A stretch of DNA of 64,000 nt from Candidatus Nanopelagicales bacterium (GTDB lineage: Bacteria > Actinomycetota > Actinomycetes > S36-B12), in NCBI GenBank assembly GCA_018609125.1, contig JABAYF010000010.1:23477-87476 (forward strand), given 5' to 3'. The notes below the pieces were generated by a model. It did no database searches. It was not told the origin of the DNA and saw only the letters and a program-made list of their open reading frames with translations. Positions within the stretch are counted from its first letter, which is position 1, and each line of letters begins with the position of its first letter. Shown here in pieces: positions 51,104-59,566 of this stretch. The position numbers and the translations under genes are program-made.

Positions 51104-52576
51104 ATGACCTTTTCTTCAGCCCCCCATGTCATCAACATTGACTCGACCGGCCTCGGTGACCGTAGTTACATCGCCCACGACGGTACGCATGCGTTGGTGG
51201 TCGACCCCCAGCGCGATATTGATCGGGTTGAGCAGGTTCTTGCCGAGCATGGGCTCACCGTGACTCATGTCGCCGAAACGCATGTGCACAACGATTACGT
51301 CACCGGCGGACTGCAACTTGCGTCTCGCCACGGCGCCACCTACGTGGTACCCGCTGATGTAGATCTTGACTTTGACGCCACGCCCATGGGTGAGGGCGCA
51401 TCCTTTGAAGTGGGCACGATGACCGTCGATGTCATCCACACTCCCGGCCACACCCCCCACCACATTTCCTTCGCCGTGCGGTGTGCTGATCACCCGGGCG
51501 TCGTGTTCACCGGCGGGTCGCTGCTCTACGGCAGTGTGGGCCGTACCGATCTGGTGGCGCCAGACCTGGCGGTGCGCCAGTCCCACGATCAGTGGCATTC
51601 GGTGCGTCGTCTCGCAGCCACCTTGGCCGATGAAACCGCCATCTACCCCACCCATGGTTTCGGATCATTCTGCGCGGCTACTCAAGCCCAGGGTTTGTCG
51701 TCAACAATCGGTAACGAAAAAATCATCAACCCGGCTCTGACCGAGGAGGAGTCAGAGTTCGTTGACACGATGCTGGCCGGGCTCGATGTTTTCCCCGCCT
51801 ACTACGCCCACATGGGCCCGGCCAATGCAGCGGGACCGGCCGATGTTGATCTCATGATGCCCGCCGAGGCTAACCCGCAAATGCTGCGCGAACGCATCAT
51901 GCAGGGTGAATGGGTGGTGGATCTGCGCTCCCGCGAAGTTTTCGCTGCCGGACATGTGCCAGGAACAATGAACTTTGACCTCGACGGGGCATTCATCAAC
52001 TACCTGGCCTGGATGATGCCCTGGGGCGCTCCGGTCACGTTGTTGGGTTCCACGCCGGAGCAGGTTCAAGCAGCACATCGTGAACTGGTGCGCGTGGGTA
52101 TTGACAACACGGTGGGCCAAGCCACCGGCGGCCCAGATTTTTGGTTGACCGATCCCGCCGATGCCCGCACTCTTCAGCAGGTGGACTTTGCCGGGCTATC
52201 CGCCATCGTGGCAACGGATTCCGATGCTTTCCTACTCGACACCCGACAGATTTTGGAGTGGGAATCTGGCCATGTTGCTGGGGCCACCTTCATGCCCTTT
52301 TACGACGTGCCCGATCGGCTCGGTGAAATTCCCAGGGATCGCCCAGTCTATGTGTACTGCGGCTCCGGCTACCGCGCCGCAGCGGTGGCTTCACTACTAC
52401 AAAATGAGGGTTTCAACAATATCGTGCACGTCAACGATGACTTCCCGAATGCAGCCACAGCAGGGCTCCAGGTCGTTGCTGAGCAGGCGCCCGAGCGTGA
52501 ACCAGGCTGGACCTGGATCGCCTCGCGAGCAACGGTTCGACAGTTCGCACCGAAGGCACCCGCAGACTCAAAGTAG
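51104..52576 (+). CDS. Persulfide dioxygenase-like MBL + two rhodanese domains (CstB/Blh-like)
   Basis: VVDPQRD, ETHVHND, TPGHT, GRTDL, PTHGFGSFC; Cys-less middle rhodanese; C-terminal YCGSGYRA. Confidence 0.9.
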   Translation: MTFSSAPHVINIDSTGLGDRSYIAHDGTHALVVDPQRDIDRVEQVLAEHGLTVTHVAETHVHNDYVTGGLQLASRHGATYVVPADVDLDFDATPMGEGASFEVGTMTVDVIHTPGHTPHHISFAVRCADHPGVVFTGGSLLYGSVGRTDLVAPDLAVRQSHDQWHSVRRLAATLADETAIYPTHGFGSFCAATQAQGLSSTIGNEKIINPALTEEESEFVDTMLAGLDVFPAYYAHMGPANAAGPADVDLMMPAEANPQMLRERIMQGEWVVDLRSREVFAAGHVPGTMNFDLDGAFINYLAWMMPWGAPVTLLGSTPEQVQAAHRELVRVGIDNTVGQATGGPDFWLTDPADARTLQQVDFAGLSAIVATDSDAFLLDTRQILEWESGHVAGATFMPFYDVPDRLGEIPRDRPVYVYCGSGYRAAAVASLLQNEGFNNIVHVNDDFPNAATAGLQVVAEQAPEREPGWTWIASRATVRQFAPKAPADSK

Positions 52577-52767
52577 TCGCCCTCATCTGGTTGTCGATCG
52601 CCTACGCCCTGGACATGTCTGCCAATGACGCTCTGGTGGCGCTGCGTTCAACGGGGGGCTGCGCATGGAGAATCGGAATCAGTGTTGGCTTCGGAACTAT
52701 TGGACTGGTCATCGTCGTCGTTGAATTAGCCCCTGGGCACTAGTCGAAAGCGACTACGATCAGGTAC

Positions 52768-53925
52768 GTGGATCACACGTCAATGGATGACTCGGTCATT
52801 GCGGCTATCCGGTCGCAGCGCACAAGTGCTAAGTGGCGTGCCTACCCCGCGGATGCAGTTCCAGTGTGGATTGCCGAAATGGATTTCTCGCTGGCACCGT
52901 GTGTCGCCCAGGCTCTGCATCAGGCGATAGATGCCAGCGACACCGGCTATCGGTGGCCCGGTGAATTACCCGAGGCACTGGCTGACTTCGTGCACCGGCA
53001 CTTTGCCTGGCAGATCGCCCCCGAGCACGTTTTCACGTTGCCCGATGTATTAACCGGCATGGCCGAAGCCATGCGTCGCTTCACACGAGCAGGCCAATCG
53101 GTAGTCATCACACCACCGGTCTATCCACCCTTCTTCAACGTGACGCGGGCGATTGCTGAGCGAGAGGTGGTGGAGGTTCCCGTGGTTGACAGCTGCCTTG
53201 ATCTGGAGTCGTTGGAGGCGGCGTTCGCACGGCCAGAGGTTGCGGCTTTCCTCATGTGTCATCCACATAATCCGACCGGCTATCGCGCCCCGGTAGAAGT
53301 ACTGCGATCGGTTGCGGCGCTGGCCAGGAAATATGACGTGACGGTCATCAGCGATGAAATCTGGGCCCCGCTATCCTGGGATGAGAATCCTTTCGTGCCG
53401 TATTTGAGTTTCGATCCCGAACTGACGGCCCCTGATGTAGCGCTCGTCTCAGCATCCAAAGCATTCAACCTTGCCGGCCTTAAATGTGCCCAGTTGGTTG
53501 CCGGTAGCGCGGAAACTGCCGAGCACTTTCGCAAGACCCTACCCATGGAAATCACATACGGGACAGGTCATTTGGGCATTATCGCTTCAATTGCGGCCTA
53601 CCGCAATGGCGATGGGTGGTTGGCGCAAACGAAGCAGCAACTCCAGGACAACGCTGCGCACTTGGTTACTCAGTTAGGAATGGCAGGTCTTGACTTAAGT
53701 TATCAACCGGCCACCTCGACCTACCTGGCATGGCTGGATTGCCGGCACCTGGGGTTTGGTGATGATCCAGCGAAGGTGTTCTTGGATCGAGGTCGGGTTG
53801 CGTTGAACGCAGGTCATCTCTTTGGTATGCAGGGTCGTGGTTTCGTTCGTTTCAATTTTGCGACAACGCCTGAGGTAATCAGCGAGGCGGTATCACGAAT
53901 GGCCTGCGTCGTTAGCGATTCCTAG
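52768..53925 (+). CDS. MalY/PatB-family PLP C-S lyase
   Basis: WIAEMDF, PPVYPPF, PHNPTG, SDEIW, SKAFNLAGLK, YLAWLD, RFNFAT. Confidence 0.9.
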   Translation: MDHTSMDDSVIAAIRSQRTSAKWRAYPADAVPVWIAEMDFSLAPCVAQALHQAIDASDTGYRWPGELPEALADFVHRHFAWQIAPEHVFTLPDVLTGMAEAMRRFTRAGQSVVITPPVYPPFFNVTRAIAEREVVEVPVVDSCLDLESLEAAFARPEVAAFLMCHPHNPTGYRAPVEVLRSVAALARKYDVTVISDEIWAPLSWDENPFVPYLSFDPELTAPDVALVSASKAFNLAGLKCAQLVAGSAETAEHFRKTLPMEITYGTGHLGIIASIAAYRNGDGWLAQTKQQLQDNAAHLVTQLGMAGLDLSYQPATSTYLAWLDCRHLGFGDDPAKVFLDRGRVALNAGHLFGMQGRGFVRFNFATTPEVISEAVSRMACVVSDS

Positions 53926-55079
53926 TGCACATGGAACCGAGTCTGGTCCGTTCTCGCGTTGCTGTCGCAGTTTTTTTCGCTGTCAACGGAATGATCGGAT
54001 TCACTTTCTTGCCGCGCCTTGCCCAAGTCCAAAACCAGACGGGGCTTGATGATGCTGGACTTGGCATTGTCTTAGCGATTGGGACGGCCGGTGGGTTGAT
54101 CGTGGGTCCCGCCGCCGCATACTTTGTCACTCGATTCGGCGCTACCCAGGTCACAGCGGTCACGCTGCTTGTCTCCCTGCCTGCCATAGCAGCAATCGGT
54201 TTCGTCAATTCCGGCGTTGCATTGGCACTGGTGCTCGCAGTCTGGATGTCGATGGACGCGCTCACCGACTCGGCAATGAACACCCGCGCGCTCGCGCTCC
54301 AAAGCGCCTACGGTCGTTCCATCATCAACTCCTTTCATGCCTGGTGGTCCCTGGCCACGATCATTGGCAGCGCACTGGGGGCGCTTTCGGCGGTGGTAGG
54401 CCTCTCGCTGCCCAGCTTTCTGACCGGAATGGCATTGGTGAGTGCAGGAATCGTGATGTGGGCCTGGCGCGCGGACACAGCGAACGTGCCGCTGACCCAC
54501 GTCGCGCACAGTCCGCTGCGGCTTTCCACTCTGCCCCTACTGGTTCGCAGTGGGGTGGGAATTGTGCTGGGGTTCATTGTTTTGGCGGTCATCGTTGAAG
54601 ACGTTCCGGTGCGCTGGGGGGCGATCTACCTTGCCGAGATCGGGCAAGGTGCCGCGGTGATCGGGCTTGCCTATGTCGCTGTTACCGGCGGACAAACTAT
54701 CGGTCGATTTTTCGGTGACCGTCTCGTGGACCGATGGGGACAGGCAAGTGTCATTCGCATTTCAATGGGCGTCGTCGCGGTGTCGATCACTTCAGCTCTC
54801 ATTCAGGGAAGCGCTGCTGCGTTTATCGGCGCGGTGGCCCTCAGTGGACTCGGGGTAGCAACTCTTTTTCCTGCAGCCATGAATGCTGCAGCGCAGTTGC
54901 CCGGCATCAGTCCGGCGCTCGGCATCGCGGTGGTGAGTTGGTTTTCACGAGTGGGCTTTGTCATTGCTCCTCTCGCGGTCGGACTCATTGCCGAAGGCGC
55001 AGGATTGCGTTACGGACTCGCGATCATGGTGATTGCCGCTATCGGTTTGGTGGCCATTGCCGGTCGGGTGGATCGATGA
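53925..55079 (+). CDS. MFS transporter
   Basis: About 12 TM; YGRSIINSFHAWWSL, GRFFGDRLVDRWG. Confidence 0.88.
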   Translation: MHMEPSLVRSRVAVAVFFAVNGMIGFTFLPRLAQVQNQTGLDDAGLGIVLAIGTAGGLIVGPAAAYFVTRFGATQVTAVTLLVSLPAIAAIGFVNSGVALALVLAVWMSMDALTDSAMNTRALALQSAYGRSIINSFHAWWSLATIIGSALGALSAVVGLSLPSFLTGMALVSAGIVMWAWRADTANVPLTHVAHSPLRLSTLPLLVRSGVGIVLGFIVLAVIVEDVPVRWGAIYLAEIGQGAAVIGLAYVAVTGGQTIGRFFGDRLVDRWGQASVIRISMGVVAVSITSALIQGSAAAFIGAVALSGLGVATLFPAAMNAAAQLPGISPALGIAVVSWFSRVGFVIAPLAVGLIAEGAGLRYGLAIMVIAAIGLVAIAGRVDR

Positions 55080-55094
55080 TGAAAGAATGCCCGC

Positions 55095-56075
55095 ATGCGC
55101 GCAGTGGTCATTCATGAGTTGAGCGGTCCAGAATCAGTTGAAGTTCGCGAAGTCGACGAACCCGATCGCTCACATGAACTCAGCGACGATGTCGTTGTCA
55201 TTGATGTGGTGGCAGCCGGTGTGTCCTTCCCGGAATTGCTGCAGACCAGGGGCAGGTATCAACATGCCCCCGAGCTTCCCTTTACTCCCGGTCTGGAGGT
55301 TGCCGGAACTGTGAAGTGGGCGCCGCCGGATTTTCATTTCTCCGTCGGTGATGAAGTGATGGCGTTCACGAACCAGGGAGGCATGGCACAGGTAGCGGTG
55401 GCCCCTGCTTTCACAGTGTTCTCGAAGCCATCAGTCCTGAGTTTTGCTGAAGGTGCCGCCTGCATCCTTAATTTGCACACTGCCTATTTTGCTGTGCATA
55501 CGCGCGCGCGTATTTCGGATGGAGAAACCGTGGTCGTGCACGGTGCTGCCGGCGGCCTTGGCACCGCACTGTGCAGCATTGCGAGCCTGGCTGGCGCTCG
55601 GGTCATCGCCGTGGTTTCTTCCGAAGCCAAGGCCGAGGTTGCCGTTGCTGCTGGTGCCCATCATGCGGTGTTGACCGATGACGACTGGCGTCAATGCGTG
55701 AACGACCTGTGCCCTGAGGGAGTTGACATCGTGTGTGATCCCGTCGGTGGTTCTCGCCTGACCGATTCGCTGCGAACTCTGCGAGCCCAGGGGCGTTACG
55801 TTGTTCTTGGCTATACCGAGGGCGCGGTCTCGGAGGTAAAAACTAATCGCCTGCTTCTCAACAACCTTGACGTAATTGGTGCTGGCTGGGGCGCATACGT
55901 GCGTAACGATCCGGCTGCTTTTCGCCGCATTGGCGACGCCGTGAACGACCTCATCATCAATGCCGGATTGCGGCCAATCGTGGGACATCGTTTTCGGCTG
56001 GATGATGCGGCACAGGCGCTATCGCTGTTGGAGAATAGGGAAGCGATGGGCAAGGTTGTCCTTGAGTTGGAGTGA
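55095..56075 (+). CDS. NADPH:quinone oxidoreductase (MDR family)
   Basis: PFTPGLEVAG, HGAAGGLG, DPVGG, NRLLLNN, GKVVL. Confidence 0.9.
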   Translation: MRAVVIHELSGPESVEVREVDEPDRSHELSDDVVVIDVVAAGVSFPELLQTRGRYQHAPELPFTPGLEVAGTVKWAPPDFHFSVGDEVMAFTNQGGMAQVAVAPAFTVFSKPSVLSFAEGAACILNLHTAYFAVHTRARISDGETVVVHGAAGGLGTALCSIASLAGARVIAVVSSEAKAEVAVAAGAHHAVLTDDDWRQCVNDLCPEGVDIVCDPVGGSRLTDSLRTLRAQGRYVVLGYTEGAVSEVKTNRLLLNNLDVIGAGWGAYVRNDPAAFRRIGDAVNDLIINAGLRPIVGHRFRLDDAAQALSLLENREAMGKVVLELE

Positions 56076-56848
56076 GATCTTCCTGGATTGATCTCCAGGA
56101 TCCTCTCGTGGTGCGCAAGGGAGGATCGCCAGCGGCGAGATTTCGTGAGGCACGTGCTCTGCGAGCCTTTAGTGCTGGCAGCGTTCAGTTACTCCAAGGT
56201 CCTGACGACGAGGGCACCTTCACGATGGAGAGGGTCGTGCCGGGTGTGACCCTGGCACAGCGATTCTCTCTGTCCGATGATCACGCAACGGTCATCATGG
56301 GCGAACTTATTCGACGTTTGCATACTCGTCAGCGCATTGTGGAGTCTGAGGTTGCGCAGATCCCACCCCTGGCGGGTATCGCTCGACCGCTGGAGCAGTG
56401 CGAAGACGCACGGATGCCCAAGTCGTTGCAGGAACGAGCCCTCGCGATACTGACCGACCTTGTGGCAGATGACCGTCGGGTGATCTTGCACGGTGACCTA
56501 CATCAGGGAAATGTTTTGTGGAGTGACAGGAACTGCACGTGGGTAGCGATTGATCCGCACGGATGGCGCGGGGATGCGTGCCTTGACGCAGCAGTGCCGC
56601 TGTGCACTCCGCACATGCTGGGCGTCGGGGGAGATGCTCGGGGGTGCGCCGGAGAGCCACTGTTGCGGACAGCGGAAAGGCGAATCGCGATCCTGTCGGA
56701 AATTATTGAATGCGACCCAGAACGATTGCGACAGTGGGTTTTTGTGGGATGCCTTATCGCTGAGGCACGCATGATTGAGCAGCACGGCCTAGTACATGGC
56801 GCGCCACTGTCCTTGGCCGAAGTGCTAACGCAACGCAGGACTGCGTGA
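56072..56848 (+). CDS. APH(6)/hydroxyurea-phosphotransferase-like kinase
   Basis: EARAL, MERVVPG, LHGDLHQGNVL, IDPHG. Confidence 0.78.
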   Translation: MRSSWIDLQDPLVVRKGGSPAARFREARALRAFSAGSVQLLQGPDDEGTFTMERVVPGVTLAQRFSLSDDHATVIMGELIRRLHTRQRIVESEVAQIPPLAGIARPLEQCEDARMPKSLQERALAILTDLVADDRRVILHGDLHQGNVLWSDRNCTWVAIDPHGWRGDACLDAAVPLCTPHMLGVGGDARGCAGEPLLRTAERRIAILSEIIECDPERLRQWVFVGCLIAEARMIEQHGLVHGAPLSLAEVLTQRRTA

Positions 56849-56861
56849 TTTCATTTGTTAA

Positions 56862-57857
56862 TCAGCAGACGCCGAAGGTCAATGTTGTGACCGAGTGGAA
56901 TGCCTCACCTGGACGCAGAATGGACTCACCCAACTCGGGTTGATTTGGTGCGTCGGGAGGTCGTTGGGTTTCTAGGGAAACCGATTGAAACGGCACGAAG
57001 GGTGAGTGCAGTCCGTTGCCGGTGTATAGCTGCACCGTTGGTGCATCGCTGGACACGGTGAGCGTACGGCCTGCGGCGGGAGCGGATAGGACTGCCATCA
57101 ATCGCATTCCCTCGCCATCAACGAGGTAGCAGGAGTCCACACCTTCGGTAGCGTCGATAACGGGGCCGAGATTTTGTGGAGAGCGCAGATCAAACACTGT
57201 CTCAGCGACGTCATCGATAGCCACGGGAATGCCGATATTGTTGGTGACGAGTCGGCGCTGGGCGGGTATGTGCAAGTGATGGCCGGCGATGGACTGTGAT
57301 CCAGCCAGATTCCAGTAGCCATGGTGAGACAGGTTGATCACGGTTGGCTTATCAGTCACGGCATCGTAGGTCATGGTGATTTCTTGATGCGTGATGGCAT
57401 AGGTGACGCTAGCGTCGACGGCGCCGGGGAAGCCCATGTCGCTGTCAGGGCTGTGCAGGCAAAATTCGACTACTGCACGATCGGCGTCATCGGCCAGAAC
57501 ATTACAGTCCCAAATCTGTCGATCGAACCCATGCGCACCCCCGTGCAAGGTGTTGCCCTGGCTATTTGCGTTGAGGCGAAACCGCTGTTCATCCAATACA
57601 AAGGTCGCACCGGCGATGCGGTTGGCGTAGCGGCCCAAAGTGGCACCCAAGTGCGGATTGCTGGATACGTCGGCGTAATCACTCGGTTGAGGCAGTGATA
57701 GATGCACGTGCCCGAGCAGTCCCTGGCCGTCGGGTACTTCAACGGTGCGGATCGCCGCGCCAAGGCTCAGCAGTTGGACGCGGGTGTCGCCGAGATCAAT
57801 GTCAAAGACTTCGAAGGTGCCGGCGGAGGAATCGGTGATGTGACGGTGGATGGTCAT
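56862..57857 (-). CDS. galM: Aldose 1-epimerase
   Basis: GRYANRI, LHGG, GFPG, HGYWNL, QLYTGN, LETQ. Confidence 0.92.
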   Translation of the reverse strand: MTIHRHITDSSAGTFEVFDIDLGDTRVQLLSLGAAIRTVEVPDGQGLLGHVHLSLPQPSDYADVSSNPHLGATLGRYANRIAGATFVLDEQRFRLNANSQGNTLHGGAHGFDRQIWDCNVLADDADRAVVEFCLHSPDSDMGFPGAVDASVTYAITHQEITMTYDAVTDKPTVINLSHHGYWNLAGSQSIAGHHLHIPAQRRLVTNNIGIPVAIDDVAETVFDLRSPQNLGPVIDATEGVDSCYLVDGEGMRLMAVLSAPAAGRTLTVSSDAPTVQLYTGNGLHSPFVPFQSVSLETQRPPDAPNQPELGESILRPGEAFHSVTTLTFGVC

Positions 57858-59512
57858 GACGCATCACCCAGGGCTGCGTCAACGACCGTTCGGGCGATTT
57901 CTTGCACCTGATGAAGGTGATCTTCGCCAAGAAAACTCTCGGCGTAGATCTTGTACACGTCTTCGGTGCCGGAGGGTCGCGCGGCGAACCAACTCGACGC
58001 GGTCCCGACCTTCACACCCCCTAGGGCTGCGCCATTGCCGGGTGCATGGGTCAAGATTTCGGTGATCGGTTCACCGGCCAGGTCACTGATAGTGATCTGG
58101 GCTGCCGATAGCGCGGAAAGGCGCTGTTTTTGTTCCCTTGTGGCGGGCGCGTCAATACGCGCGTAGGCGGGAGACCCGAATCGTTCGGTGAGATGGTCGT
58201 AGCGCAGTCCCGGATCCTGACCGGTAACGCCCACTATTTCAGCAGCGAGAAGGGACATGATGAGTCCGTCCTTGTCGGTTGTCCAGACTGAACCATCCTG
58301 GCGCAGGAAGGATGCACCGGCGCTCTCCTCGCCGCCGAACCCCACAGATCCGTTGAGTAGGCCTGGTACGAACCACTTAAAGCCCACCGGCACTTCCCAC
58401 ACGTCTCGATCCAGGGCACCGGCAACGCGGTTGATCATGGACGAACTCACCATCGTCTTACCTACCGCGGCATCCGCTGACCACTGCTCGCGGTGGGTGA
58501 ACAGGTAGTCGATGGCCACGGCAAGAAAGTGATTAGGGTTCATCAACCCGCTGTAGGGGGTGACGATCCCGTGTCGATCAGCGTCAGCGTCATTTCCCGT
58601 GGCAATGTCAAAGGAGTTGCGCTGTTCAATGACCGGTGCCATCGCCCAGGGAGACGAGCAGTCCATGCGGATCTGCCCATCCCAGTCCAGGCTCATAAAC
58701 GGCCATGCAGGATCAACTCGCGGGTTGACGACGGTGAGGTCAAGTGCATAGCGCTCGCCGATCGCAGCCCAATAATCAACACTGGCCCCACCGAGTGGGT
58801 CGACGCCGATCCGCACTCCGGCGGAGCGAATGGCGTCCATGTTCACCACGTCGACAAGATCGGTCACATAGTGGTCGAGGAAGTCATAACTTTGCGTGGT
58901 TGCGGCGGCCATGGCGCGCGGTAACGTGATGCGGCGAAGTCCGTCTAGGCCTGCAGCGATCAATTCATTCGCCCGTGTTTGGATCGCCAGAGTGGTGGCG
59001 GTATCGGCCGGTCCGCCATGGGGTGGGTTGTATTTGAAGCCACCGTCGCGGGGCGGGTTGTGCGAGGGGGTGATAACGATGCCATCGGCGCGGCCATGGT
59101 CATCTACTGATCGTCCGGAGTTGTGCCGACAAATGGCGTGGGAGATCGCCGGCGTGGGTGTCCAGGCCTCCCGCTGATCAATCAGAACGGTGACTCCGTG
59201 AGCGGCGAGTACTTCCAGCGCTGTCGACCATGCCGGCAGGCTCAGCCCGTGAGTGTCGCGGCCGAGGAACAGCGGTCCTTGAATCCCAGCCGCCTTTCGA
59301 TATTCACATACAGCCTGGGTAGTTGCTGCGATGTGATCGTCATTGAACGAGCGCGAGAGAGCTGATCCACGATGCCCGGACGTGCCAAAAGCGACCTGCT
59401 GGGCTGGGTTTTGCGGGTCCGGGTGCTGCGTGTAATACGAGGTGATCAGCGCAGACATATCGACCAGATCGCCAGTCTGGGCGGGAAGTCCGGCACGTGG
59501 GTGAAGGGCCAT
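57854..59512 (-). CDS. pgm: Phosphoglucomutase
   Basis: FGTSGHRG, TPSHNPP, DADADRH, GEESAG, RPSGTE. Confidence 0.96.
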   Translation of the reverse strand: MALHPRAGLPAQTGDLVDMSALITSYYTQHPDPQNPAQQVAFGTSGHRGSALSRSFNDDHIAATTQAVCEYRKAAGIQGPLFLGRDTHGLSLPAWSTALEVLAAHGVTVLIDQREAWTPTPAISHAICRHNSGRSVDDHGRADGIVITPSHNPPRDGGFKYNPPHGGPADTATTLAIQTRANELIAAGLDGLRRITLPRAMAAATTQSYDFLDHYVTDLVDVVNMDAIRSAGVRIGVDPLGGASVDYWAAIGERYALDLTVVNPRVDPAWPFMSLDWDGQIRMDCSSPWAMAPVIEQRNSFDIATGNDADADRHGIVTPYSGLMNPNHFLAVAIDYLFTHREQWSADAAVGKTMVSSSMINRVAGALDRDVWEVPVGFKWFVPGLLNGSVGFGGEESAGASFLRQDGSVWTTDKDGLIMSLLAAEIVGVTGQDPGLRYDHLTERFGSPAYARIDAPATREQKQRLSALSAAQITISDLAGEPITEILTHAPGNGAALGGVKVGTASSWFAARPSGTEDVYKIYAESFLGEDHLHQVQEIARTVVDAALGDAS

Positions 59513-59566
59513 GGGGACTATCTTGCCTGGTTTAGGCACGGTCGGGAGCATCGCTAGGGTGAACGG

